A stretch of 56,397 bases of DNA, filler included, from Basidiobolus meristosporus CBS 931.73 (Eukaryota; Fungi; Basidiobolomycota), in NCBI GenBank assembly GCA_002104905.1. It is 3 parts of 3 records of this genome, joined end to end, with 100 filler letters (N's around TTAATTAATTAA, not from the genome) between each part and the next. Parts side by side here need not be neighbours in the genome. Positions count along the whole stretch, not along the records: positions 1 to 20,416 come from MCFE01001006.1; 2 more parts are not named here. One strand, 5' to 3'. The translations under genes and the position numbers were made by a program. The stretch's first letter is position 1. The number at the start of each line of letters is the position of its first letter. Below the pieces are notes generated by a model that did no database searches, had not been told where the DNA came from, and saw only the letters and a program-made list of their open reading frames with translations. Of the stretch, positions 11,800-20,516 are shown in pieces.

Positions 11800-13580
11800 T
11801 CATGCTACTGATTCTCAGTTAGGTATCTAATTCCCTATGAGCCAATCCGTTGCCAATATAGATTCGTCATGATTGAATCCTGAATGAGTCTGTGACCATC
11901 ATTGTACCAGAATTCGGTATTACTTGTGCTGATGTCAAAGCTACCTTTAGTGCAGATTCTCCAATCTTGGTTAAGGAATTTGCCACATATTATTTGCTTT
12001 ACAACACATTTCGCACCAATGATCCGTTTTCTAGCACACTTCGTAACTGGCTGGTAGATACAGCTTTTCCTTGTATGACTTTTGGTGTAGTGCATGTTTT
12101 TAGTCGTATATTGGGAGTAGCAGGCATCATATACCTAGCGATCCTAGGGATCCATCAGTATTGATACTAGGTTCTCCAGGTTGACTAGCTGATTCAACTG
12201 TAATGGCATGAATCTGATCGCCATCTTTATAACGGGAAATCGGTTGGAAACCAAGACAGCTGCCGGTAGTCCAAGTCTGCAATAACTGCTTCTCATTAAA
12301 CCCACTGGCAAACATTGAGGAAATAACTTCCTTGCAATTCCAGCCAAGGTCCAACATGAATATTTAGTATAGTACTGATTGACTGCCAAATGTGTTGTAT
12401 CTAGTTTACTCAGCGCCTTGATTATTCGTATTTCATCAAACTCTACCTGGCCATTTATTAAAGTCCGGAATACTGACCAGGCAGTATCTTGTATTACTGA
12501 ATAGTGAATAATATTCAGATTACCAAACAAAGGTCCTAACTTTCTTCACAACTCCAAGCATTACCCGCTGCACTTTGGGGTCACCGTAAAGAAATGCCCT
12601 AATAGATCTCTCAGAACTCCACCAAGTGATGAGTGACATCACACAAGTCCAATAGATTAACAAGCCAAAACTGCGTGCTCTAATGCATTTTGTAAATCAT
12701 TTCTAAACGATTATGCTGCTTAGTCAGAAATCACGGGTGAAAATGTTTCACATGATAATCAGAATAAATAAATATGCTATCAATAATATGCAGTGCATTT
12801 ACATCAGTTACATTTGCAAAAAGATCCATACCAACTCTGGGGAATGATGTACTGCAATAATATCAACTCATTCAAGTATTTACCTCTTTGAGCCCTTAAG
12901 ATATCATAGTTTTGTAAGTTGACTTGCAAAGTACTCAGTTGATGGCAATGAGGAGTGCTCTATTTGTACTTAAACCTACAACTTATAAGTTAATATAATT
13001 CCAAACAGTAGCTATTCTGGTATTCAATGTCAGAACCTTCAAGTAATGTGGAGTTCCCACAATAAATACTTAATGTAGCTATTTGGATTCTGTTCTTAAT
13101 AAATGCTACTAAATATATAGGCAGTATACTGCAAAAAAGCCCTTATTCTACATGAAAAGTACTTTGCATTGTGAGGCTTTCACTTAACAAGATACTGAGT
13201 AGCTAGTAGCTTATATTTTACCAGGCTCTGGCAAAAAACCATTTGCTGTTTGTTTGACAAGGTTTGCAGAGAAAAGGGGCAGGGTTTCAGGGATCTTGGG
13301 CAATTCCATGCATATTAATGTTGTGCATACTGAGCATTTTGTGATCATACCTTATCTGTGAGCTGTTGTTATTTACTTGACTATGCCTAAATATCTTATA
13401 CACTTGGTCACTTTGATAGCAGTCTTCACATCCTGAAGAACTCTACCCAAACTTCATGTTGAGGCCTACAAACAATATTTCTGCCAAAACACAAGGCACC
13501 TGCAACAGGCAAAATCTCATTGCTATCCAAAGAGCCCCATGCTGTACACTGATACTCTTGTGACTTACATAAGCATAATT
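11800..13580 (-). mobile_element. Highly degraded non-LTR (LINE-like) retrotransposon, RT 3' region
   Basis: Broken minus-strand frames give GLNMK, IKVTKCIRYLGI, SILPIYL, VRTFVW and WCEMC, in the order expected downstream of LINE RT. Many stops, so the call is weak. Confidence 0.35.
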
Positions 13581-14917
13581 TGTTGTAAAAATTGCTAATT
13601 CCACCAAAAAATTCAGCCAACTTAGTCAATAAAATCAGTATCTTCCATTCCTTAGGAATACTGTCCAAATTTCTTGTTGGGATTTACTCAGAAAGTTTTC
13701 ACCAACATACCAGGTGCCCAGAAAATGAAATTCTCAAAGCTGTCCAAACAGCCCTAAACTTTGTACCCATGTTCTTGGAACCTTCCCTAACCTATTCTAT
13801 GTGTTTTCATTGCCAAGACCATATAAAAGTATAATTACTACTTTTACATTCAATAAATCATATAGTGAAACCTCATAATCTACTTGTCTTTCCAAATTGC
13901 TTCCAATATCTCCAAGACTCTTCCAATAGGTTATGAGCCCCAAGCTGTCACTCTTTGCAACGTCTTCTACTGCTGTCACTGGAACTTTTCCCTCTGCTGA
14001 AAAGTTGGATGGATCTAACTAACTAGTGTGGAAGGTGAAGACAAAGATGCTGCTACAAGAAAGAGGCCTTTGGGATATTGTCATGGGAGAAGAATGCCCT
14101 AATAAAAACATTGGAGAGGAAGCCTTAAAGTACCAGAAGAAAGAACAAAATGCCTTCAACTGCATTTGCCTTAATGTTAAAAACAAATTGCTAATTCAAT
14201 GCTCAAGAGCAAAAACAGCAAAGAATGCCTGGAAGGCATTAGAAGACACCTACCAGTCATGTGCAGCTGCTAAGAAAATGTATTTGAGATGAAAATTCTT
14301 TACTACAAGCATGCAGCCAGGAGCAGAAATGAAAACTCTAATTAACAGAATTACCCTGTTGGTGGATGAGATGGAATCTGTAGGCATACCAACTACTGAT
14401 CAGGATGTGATACTTACCATCCTGAATAGCCTGGTAGACAAGTTTCAGGGCCTTATATCAGCCCTAGAGTCCAGACCTGAAGATTTGAACTTAAACTACA
14501 TATATGGAAGGACCTGGATCAAGAATTAAGAAAATTAAGTGCCAATAAGAAGGAAGAAGAAAATGCTTTAATAAATAATGATAACCAACAAAGGAGATAC
14601 CAAAGACCTTTCAAAGGCAATAGCAGCCTGTTTTGTAACTATTGCAAAAGGAAAGAACACACATCAGACTGGTGCTTCAAAAAGAGAGATAGCCAGCAGA
14701 AAAAGCCTGAAAATGCAAATGCTTCAACAACTGAAGATAGACTATTCATATCTGCACTAAAAATGACCACAAAGAAGGATTCTTACACATGGTATATTGA
14801 CTCTGGAGCATGTCAACACTTTACACACCAAATAGAAGTTTTCACCCAATATCAAGAAATTCCAATTGAGTAGGTTTTCACAGGTGACAATAGAACACTT
14901 GATGCAGTGGGAGAAGG

Positions 14918-15268
14918 TGTTGTAAGAGTCTTGGAGATATTGGAAGTGATTGGGAGAACAAGTAGATTATGTGGTTTTTCACTTAATGATTTATTGAATG
15001 TAAAGGTAGTATTTATACTTTTACATGGTCTTGGCATTACAAACACGTAGAATAGGTTAAGGAAGGTCCCAAGAACATGTGTGCAAAGTTTGGGGTTGTT
15101 TGGACAATCTTTGAGAATTTTCATGTTCTGGGTACCTGGTATTTTGGTGAAAATATTCTAAGTAAATCCCGACAAGGAATTTGGTCAGTATTCTCTAGGA
15201 TTTGAAGGTGATGATCTAAGTGACTAAGTTAGGTGAATATTTAGGTGGAAATACGAATTTTTACAACA
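14918..15268 (-). repeat. 3' LTR of Copia B (351 bp)
   Basis: Matches 19256-19606 apart from one T/C difference (15096 vs 19434) by manual comparison. Confidence 0.95.
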
Positions 15269-15279
15269 CTCCCACTCAG

Positions 15280-18200
15280 CTAAATGTTCATACTGACTAG
15301 TCCTAATTTTGACCTAAAATATTCAAACTTGTCTCTAGCTAATGGTTTGGTAAATATGTCTGCAATCATTTCATCTGTAGGACAGTAAACTAAGCTAGCT
15401 AAGTTATTCTCTATAGCTTCACGTATGAAATGATGTCTAATATCTATGTGCTTGGTTCTAGCATGAAAAGTTGGATTTCTACCTAATTGTATACATCCTT
15501 GATTATCTTGAAATAAAGTAATAGGCGTTTTTTGACATAGGCCTAAATCTGTAAAGAGCTTTCTTAACCACATTGCTTCTTTTGTAGCTTCACAGGCTGC
15601 CATATACTCTGCCTCTGTGGTGGAAAGTGCTACGGTTGGTTGCTTTCTTGAATTCCATGAAATGGCTCCTTTACAGTAAAGAAAGGTGTATCCTGTGGTA
15701 GATCTTCTGTCTTCCAAATTTTGTCCCCAATCAGCATCAGAGTATCCCACAAGATCCTGTTCTGAATCCTTATAAGTGTATCTTAAGCTGATATCAGCAG
15801 TTCCTCTTAGGTATCTAAAAATCCGCTTAACTGCTGCAATATGATCAGATCCATAATTCTGATTATGTTGGCTGACTACTCCCACTGAATATGAGATATC
15901 TGGACGTGTTCCAAGCATGATATACATCAGACTGCCGACCATAGATTGATAAGGAAAATCAGGGCTTTCAGATGGCACCAAGCTCTCTTGATTTGGTTGA
16001 GTTTTGACCAAGTTAAGGTTTGTCTCCATTGGGGTAGCTGCTGGTTTACAGTCTTCCATTTTGTACTTCTTTAGTATATCTTGAATATACTTGGATTGGC
16101 TTAGGGTAATAGTCTGGGTACTTCTGTCTATGGAGAACTTAATCCCTAAGTAGTAACTAAGTTCTCCTAGATCGGACATCTTGAACTCCTTAGATAGGCT
16201 GGATTTAGTCTCTTCCAATGTTTCTAGGTTATTGGTGGCTATAATAAGATCATCCACATATAGAGCTAATAGAACTGGATTTGCTCTATCTGGCTTATAG
16301 TATATACTATAGTCAGCATTACTCCTTTTGAAACTCAAAGATTCCAAATAAGAATCTATCTTGCAATTCCAGGCTCTTGGTGATTGTTTGAGACCATATA
16401 GTGACTTTTTAAGCTTGCAGACCAAATGGGGGTTATCTTGGTCAACAAACCCATCTGGCTGGTCCATATACACGTCCTCATCAAGTTCTCCATTCAAAAA
16501 TGCAGTTTTTACATCCATTTGATGAATAAAAAACTTATATTTGGCTGCAATAGCCAATATTAATCTGATGGAATTAAACTTGGCTACCGGTGCAAAGGTC
16601 TCAGTATAGTCAAGTCCTTTTGTTTGAGAGTATCCTTTGTCTACAAGTCTTGCTTTGTATCTTTCAATTGTACCATCAGCCTTGTATTTTGTCTTAAAGA
16701 CCCATCTGCATCCAATTGATTTTCGGTTGATTGGTAATTTGACTAAGTCCCAAGTTTGATTTTCCATCAGTGCCTGATATTCCTCAGTCATTGCAGATCT
16801 CCAAAACTTCGTCTGTGGGCTATTTAGGGCCTCTTTTACAGTCTGGGGTTCATCAACATGGACTGAATAGGCATAGGCTAAGTTTGTACCCTCATTGATA
16901 TAGTAATTTGGGCTATTTCTTGTCCGATTGGATCTCCGGGCATTTGATACTGGAATGATCACTTCTAGGATATTCCTGGGCACTGATTCTGGCTGAACCA
17001 CGGTTGTAGAGTCCTCTGGAGTGAAAAAATTTTCATTGTTTTGCTCTGATTCAATCCTGACAATTGGTGGACTTGAGATCAAATTTTCGTCATCATCTGA
17101 TGTCATTTTTTGTGAAAATTTTGAATTTTCATCAAACAACACATCCCTGGACTTGATCAGCTTCTTTGCTTCGGTATTGTAGAGTCTGTATGCCTTACTC
17201 TCATTGCAGTAGCCCAAAAATATGCATTTTACACTTTTTGGCTCAAATTTTGACTGATTTCCGGCCAGTTTTTTGGCATATGCTGTACACCCAAATATTC
17301 TTAGATGTTCTGCACTTGGTCTGTATCCATACCATGCTTCAAATGGAGTAGAATCACGAAGTATTCTGTTATAACTCCTATTTTTAAGATATACAGCAGT
17401 GGCAACTGATTCCGCCCAAAAATCATAGGATAATTTTTGATCATGGATCATAGATCTTGCCATATCAATTATTGATCTGTTAGCTCGTTCTGCTACTCCA
17501 TTTTGCTGTGGGGAGTATGGTACAGTAGTCTCTTGCTTTATCCCATGAATTTTGCAGAAGTGGATGAAGAGTTTTGAGGTATATTCTCCACCATTGTCAG
17601 AGCGTATTTTCTTGATTTTTTCACCAGTTTCTCTCTCCACCATGGCTTTAAACTCCCTGAGCTTAGACAGAGCTTCTTCCTTTCTCTCCATGAAGTAGAC
17701 CCATGTGTATCTTGTATAATCATCAATAAAAGTGATTAAATACTTCATCCCGCCTAAGGATAAATTTTGCATAGGTCCACACAGATCTGAGTGAATTAGA
17801 TCTAATTTTTTCTTAGTTTTGATTAACCCAGAGCTCTTGAACGGTTGTCTGGCTTGTTTCCCATATATGCAGGCTTCACAGTGCTCCAAAATAGCTGGGG
17901 GATCAATTTTCACTCCAGAAATTAGCTGATCTTTGATCATTTTACGCAAATAATCAAAATTGATGTGTCCAAATCTCCTGTGCCAAAGCATTGGTGTTTC
18001 TTCATTTAAGTTACGTATATTGGCTTCCAGATATGATGGAATATAAGTCAACTTGTATAGATTCTGATCTCTGATGCCCGAAGCAATATGGGCACCATTT
18101 TGATCAGTGATCCTGCATCCAGAATTGTTAAAACTGAAACTGAGTCCTTCTGCTGTTGCCTTGCTTACAGAGAGTAGGTTCTTGGCTATTTCTGGTACAT

Positions 18201-19251
18201 AGAGTACTTCTTTAAAGGTCAGTGTATGGCTTCCTTCACTGCTTCTAAGGTTTACTTGGATAGTTCCTTCTCCCACTGCTTCAAGTGTTCTATTGTCACC
18301 CATGAAAACCTTCTTAATTGGAATTTCTTGATATTGGGTAAAAAGTTCTTTTTGGTGTGTAAAGTGTTGGGAAGCTCCAGAGTCAATATACCACGTCTGA
18401 GAGTCCTTGTTTGTGGTCATATTTAGTGCAGATATGAATAGTCTATCTTCAGTTGTTGCAGCATTTCCATATTCAGGCTTCTTTTGCTGATAATCTCTCT
18501 TTTTGAAACACCGGTCTGATGTGTGTCCTTTCCTTTTGCAGTAGTTGCAAAATAGGTTGTTGTTGCCTTTGTAGGGTCTTGGGTACCTCCTTTGTTGGTT
18601 ATCATTGCTTATTAAAGCATTTTCTTCTTCCTTCTTATTGGCGCTTGATTTTCTTAATTCTTCATCCAGGAGCCTTCCATATACATAATTTAAGGTCAAA
18701 TCTTCAGTTCTGGACTCTAGGGCTGATACAAGGCCCTGAAACTTGTCTGTCAGGCTATTCAGGATGGTAACTATCACATCCTCATCAGTAGTTGGTACGC
18801 CCACAGATTCCATCTCATCTACCAGCAGGGTAATTCTGTTAATTAGATTTTTCATTTCTTCTCCTGGCAGCATCTTTGTAGTAAAGAATTTTCTTCTCAG
18901 ATACATTTTCTTGGCAGCTGAACATGACTGGTAGGTGTCTTCTAATGCCTTCCAGGCATTCTTTGCCGTTTTTGCTCTTGAGCATTGAATTAGCAATTTG
19001 TCCTTGACATTAAGGCAAATGCAGTTAAAGGCACTTTGTTCTTTCTTCTGGTACTTTAAGGCTTCCTCTCCCACGTTTTTAGGAGGGCATTCTTCTCCCA
19101 TGACAATATCCCAAAGGCCTCTTTCTTGTAGCAGCATCATCATCTTCACCTTCCACACTTGGTAGTTAGATCCATCCAACTTTTCAGCAGAGGGAAAAAT
19201 TCCAGTAATAGCAGTAGTAGACATTGCAGAGAGTGACAGCTCGGGGCTCAT
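15280..19251 (-). CDS. Copia Gag-Pol polyprotein (Gag, CCHC knuckle, protease, integrase, RT, RNase H), 1323 aa from the first ATG
   Basis: CNYCKRKGHTSDRC; WYIDSGASQH; LWHRRFGH...CEAC; HSDLCGP, FIDDYTR, RSDNGGEY, PQQNGVAER; [17 protein letters not shown]; GYSDADW, EAEY. The domain order PR-IN-RT-RH defines Copia. The first ATG lies inside the PBS. Confidence 0.97.
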   Translation of the reverse strand: MSPELSLSAMSTTAITGIFPSAEKLDGSNYQVWKVKMMMLLQERGLWDIVMGEECPPKNVGEEALKYQKKEQSAFNCICLNVKDKLLIQCSRAKTAKNAWKALEDTYQSCSAAKKMYLRRKFFTTKMLPGEEMKNLINRITLLVDEMESVGVPTTDEDVIVTILNSLTDKFQGLVSALESRTEDLTLNYVYGRLLDEELRKSSANKKEEENALISNDNQQRRYPRPYKGNNNLFCNYCKRKGHTSDRCFKKRDYQQKKPEYGNAATTEDRLFISALNMTTNKDSQTWYIDSGASQHFTHQKELFTQYQEIPIKKVFMGDNRTLEAVGEGTIQVNLRSSEGSHTLTFKEVLYVPEIAKNLLSVSKATAEGLSFSFNNSGCRITDQNGAHIASGIRDQNLYKLTYIPSYLEANIRNLNEETPMLWHRRFGHINFDYLRKMIKDQLISGVKIDPPAILEHCEACIYGKQARQPFKSSGLIKTKKKLDLIHSDLCGPMQNLSLGGMKYLITFIDDYTRYTWVYFMERKEEALSKLREFKAMVERETGEKIKKIRSDNGGEYTSKLFIHFCKIHGIKQETTVPYSPQQNGVAERANRSIIDMARSMIHDQKLSYDFWAESVATAVYLKNRSYNRILRDSTPFEAWYGYRPSAEHLRIFGCTAYAKKLAGNQSKFEPKSVKCIFLGYCNESKAYRLYNTEAKKLIKSRDVLFDENSKFSQKMTSDDDENLISSPPIVRIESEQNNENFFTPEDSTTVVQPESVPRNILEVIIPVSNARRSNRTRNSPNYYINEGTNLAYAYSVHVDEPQTVKEALNSPQTKFWRSAMTEEYQALMENQTWDLVKLPINRKSIGCRWVFKTKYKADGTIERYKARLVDKGYSQTKGLDYTETFAPVAKFNSIRLILAIAAKYKFFIHQMDVKTAFLNGELDEDVYMDQPDGFVDQDNPHLVCKLKKSLYGLKQSPRAWNCKIDSYLESLSFKRSNADYSIYYKPDRANPVLLALYVDDLIIATNNLETLEETKSSLSKEFKMSDLGELSYYLGIKFSIDRSTQTITLSQSKYIQDILKKYKMEDCKPAATPMETNLNLVKTQPNQESLVPSESPDFPYQSMVGSLMYIMLGTRPDISYSVGVVSQHNQNYGSDHIAAVKRIFRYLRGTADISLRYTYKDSEQDLVGYSDADWGQNLEDRRSTTGYTFLYCKGAISWNSRKQPTVALSTTEAEYMAACEATKEAMWLRKLFTDLGLCQKTPITLFQDNQGCIQLGRNPTFHARTKHIDIRHHFIREAIENNLASLVYCPTDEMIADIFTKPLARDKFEYFRSKLGLVSMNI

Positions 19252-19255
19252 AACC
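19244..19255 (-). promoter_or_regulatory. Primer-binding site GGTTATGAGCCC (half-tRNA iMet type)
   Basis: Directly abuts the 5' LTR. The same 12-mer follows LTRs at 13929, 23513-23524 (minus) and 28639, and a variant at 54788. It is complementary to GGGCUCAUAACC in the anticodon arm of fungal initiator tRNA-Met. Confidence 0.85.
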
Positions 19256-19606
19256 TGTTGTAAGAGTCTTGGAGATATTGGAAGTGATTGGGAGAACAAG
19301 TAGATTATGTGGTTTTTCACTTAATGATTTATTGAATGTAAAGGTAGTATTTATACTTTTACATGGTCTTGGCATTACAAACACGTAGAATAGGTTAAGG
19401 AAGGTCCCAAGAACATGTGTGCAAAGTTTGGGGCTGTTTGGACAATCTTTGAGAATTTTCATGTTCTGGGTACCTGGTATTTTGGTGAAAATATTCTAAG
19501 TAAATCCCGACAAGGAATTTGGTCAGTATTCTCTAGGATTTGAAGGTGATGATCTAAGTGACTAAGTTAGGTGAATATTTAGGTGGAAATACGAATTTTT
19601 ACAACA
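19256..19606 (-). repeat. 5' LTR of Copia B (351 bp)
   Basis: TGTTG...CAACA termini; contains TATAAAT and AATAAA on the element strand. Confidence 0.95.
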
Positions 19607-19921
19607 GAAGGAACTATCCAAGTAAACCTTAGAAGCAGTGAAGGAAACCATACACTGACCTTTAAAGAAGTACTCTATATACCAGAAATAGCCAAGAACA
19701 TACTATCTGTAAGAAAGGCCACAGCAGAAGGACTCAGTTTCAGCTTTGACAATTCTGGATGCAGGATCACTGATCAGAATGGTGCCCATATTGCTTTGAG
19801 TATCAGAGATCAGAATCTATACATGTTGACTTATATTCCATCATATCTGGAGGCCAATATAAGTAACTTAAATGAAGAAACACCAATGCTTTGGCACAGG
19901 AAATTTGAGCACATCAGTTTT

Positions 19922-20416
19922 TGTTATGAATAGACACAAGGTAGGAGAGTAGAGCTAGGCAAGGCAGGACCAGGAAAGGACTTAGGTATGGATCAACAAG
20001 GCAAGGTGGATTTCCAAGGCAAGGCTGTTTATTCAAGACCTGTGTTTATCAGACTGAGGAATACTTAAGGGGGGATAGGACTATATATACTTTTTGGCTA
20101 TACTGATGCCAAGAGATATTAGCTAATACTAATGGGGTTGTGAGGTGAGGCACAGCAGCAGTGCTGAGGATAATAATATAGAAGGCAAGGCACTGAGACA
20201 GGATGGGGAAATGGATTGGGTCACCTGATCATGTGACTAAGTCATGTGACCTGGTATTTCCATATATGGTACTGGACTATGAAAACTACAATGAGAAGCT
20301 TCCATGGAATGTTCCATTGTGTAACAATGGTTTGGAATGCTCAGGAGCTTTCTGGAAGGTGGTAGAAGGTTCCAGAAGGAATCTCTTAGAAATTGAGCTA
20401 GGAAGCTGAAACTTGG
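19922..20416 (-). mobile_element. LTR of a third, unrelated retroelement family inserted in Copia A; cut by the gap
   Basis: Begins abruptly with TGTTATGAAT where the copy A frame breaks. The minus strand has TATATATA, then AATAAA, then ends ...CATAACA. No similarity to the other LTRs beyond the terminus. Confidence 0.5.
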
Positions 20417-20516
20417 NNNNNNNNNNNNNNNNNNNNNNNNNNNNNNNNNNNNNNNNNNNNTTAATTAATTAANNNNNNNNNNNNNNNNNNNNNNNNNNNN
20501 NNNNNNNNNNNNNNNN
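20417..20516. other. Assembly gap: 44 N + TTAATTAATTAA linker + 44 N
   Basis: The six-frame-stop linker is centred in the N run; identical layout at 39165-39264. Confidence 0.97.

Larger units (their letters stand above)
14918..19606 (-). mobile_element. Copia family 1 copy B: full-length, intact, 4689 bp, 5-bp TSD GAAGG
   Basis: TG...CA LTRs at both ends. GAAGG at 14913-14917 and 19607-19611. PBS at 19244-19255, PPT at 15269-15279, single uninterrupted ORF. Confidence 0.97.
13581..19921 (+). mobile_element. Copia family 1 copy A: degraded host element, split by copy B and truncated by another LTR at 19922
   Basis: 5' LTR 13581-13928, PBS GGTTATGAGCCC 13929-13940, gag/protease with stops to 14917. 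The frame GEG|TIQVNLRSSEG resumes at 19607 and runs to LWHRKF at ~19921. Confidence 0.9.

Noticed and set aside
14852-15124. Recurrent short ORFs such as MKILKDCP..., MITNK..., MMIIQDTHG... and MCVLSFC...
   Set aside because: They recur only because they are alternative frames of repeated LTR or gag-pol sequence.
19252-19320. N-terminal extension MKNHII... of Copia Gag reading through the LTR (also in D)
   Set aside because: It starts at a non-ATG codon within the LTR, and C and the D 3' LTR carry a frameshifting 1-bp deletion there.
20461-20472. TTAATTAATTAA palindrome (also 39209-39220) as a biological site
   Set aside because: It is centred in identical 44-N flanks; this is an assembly linker with stops in all six frames.
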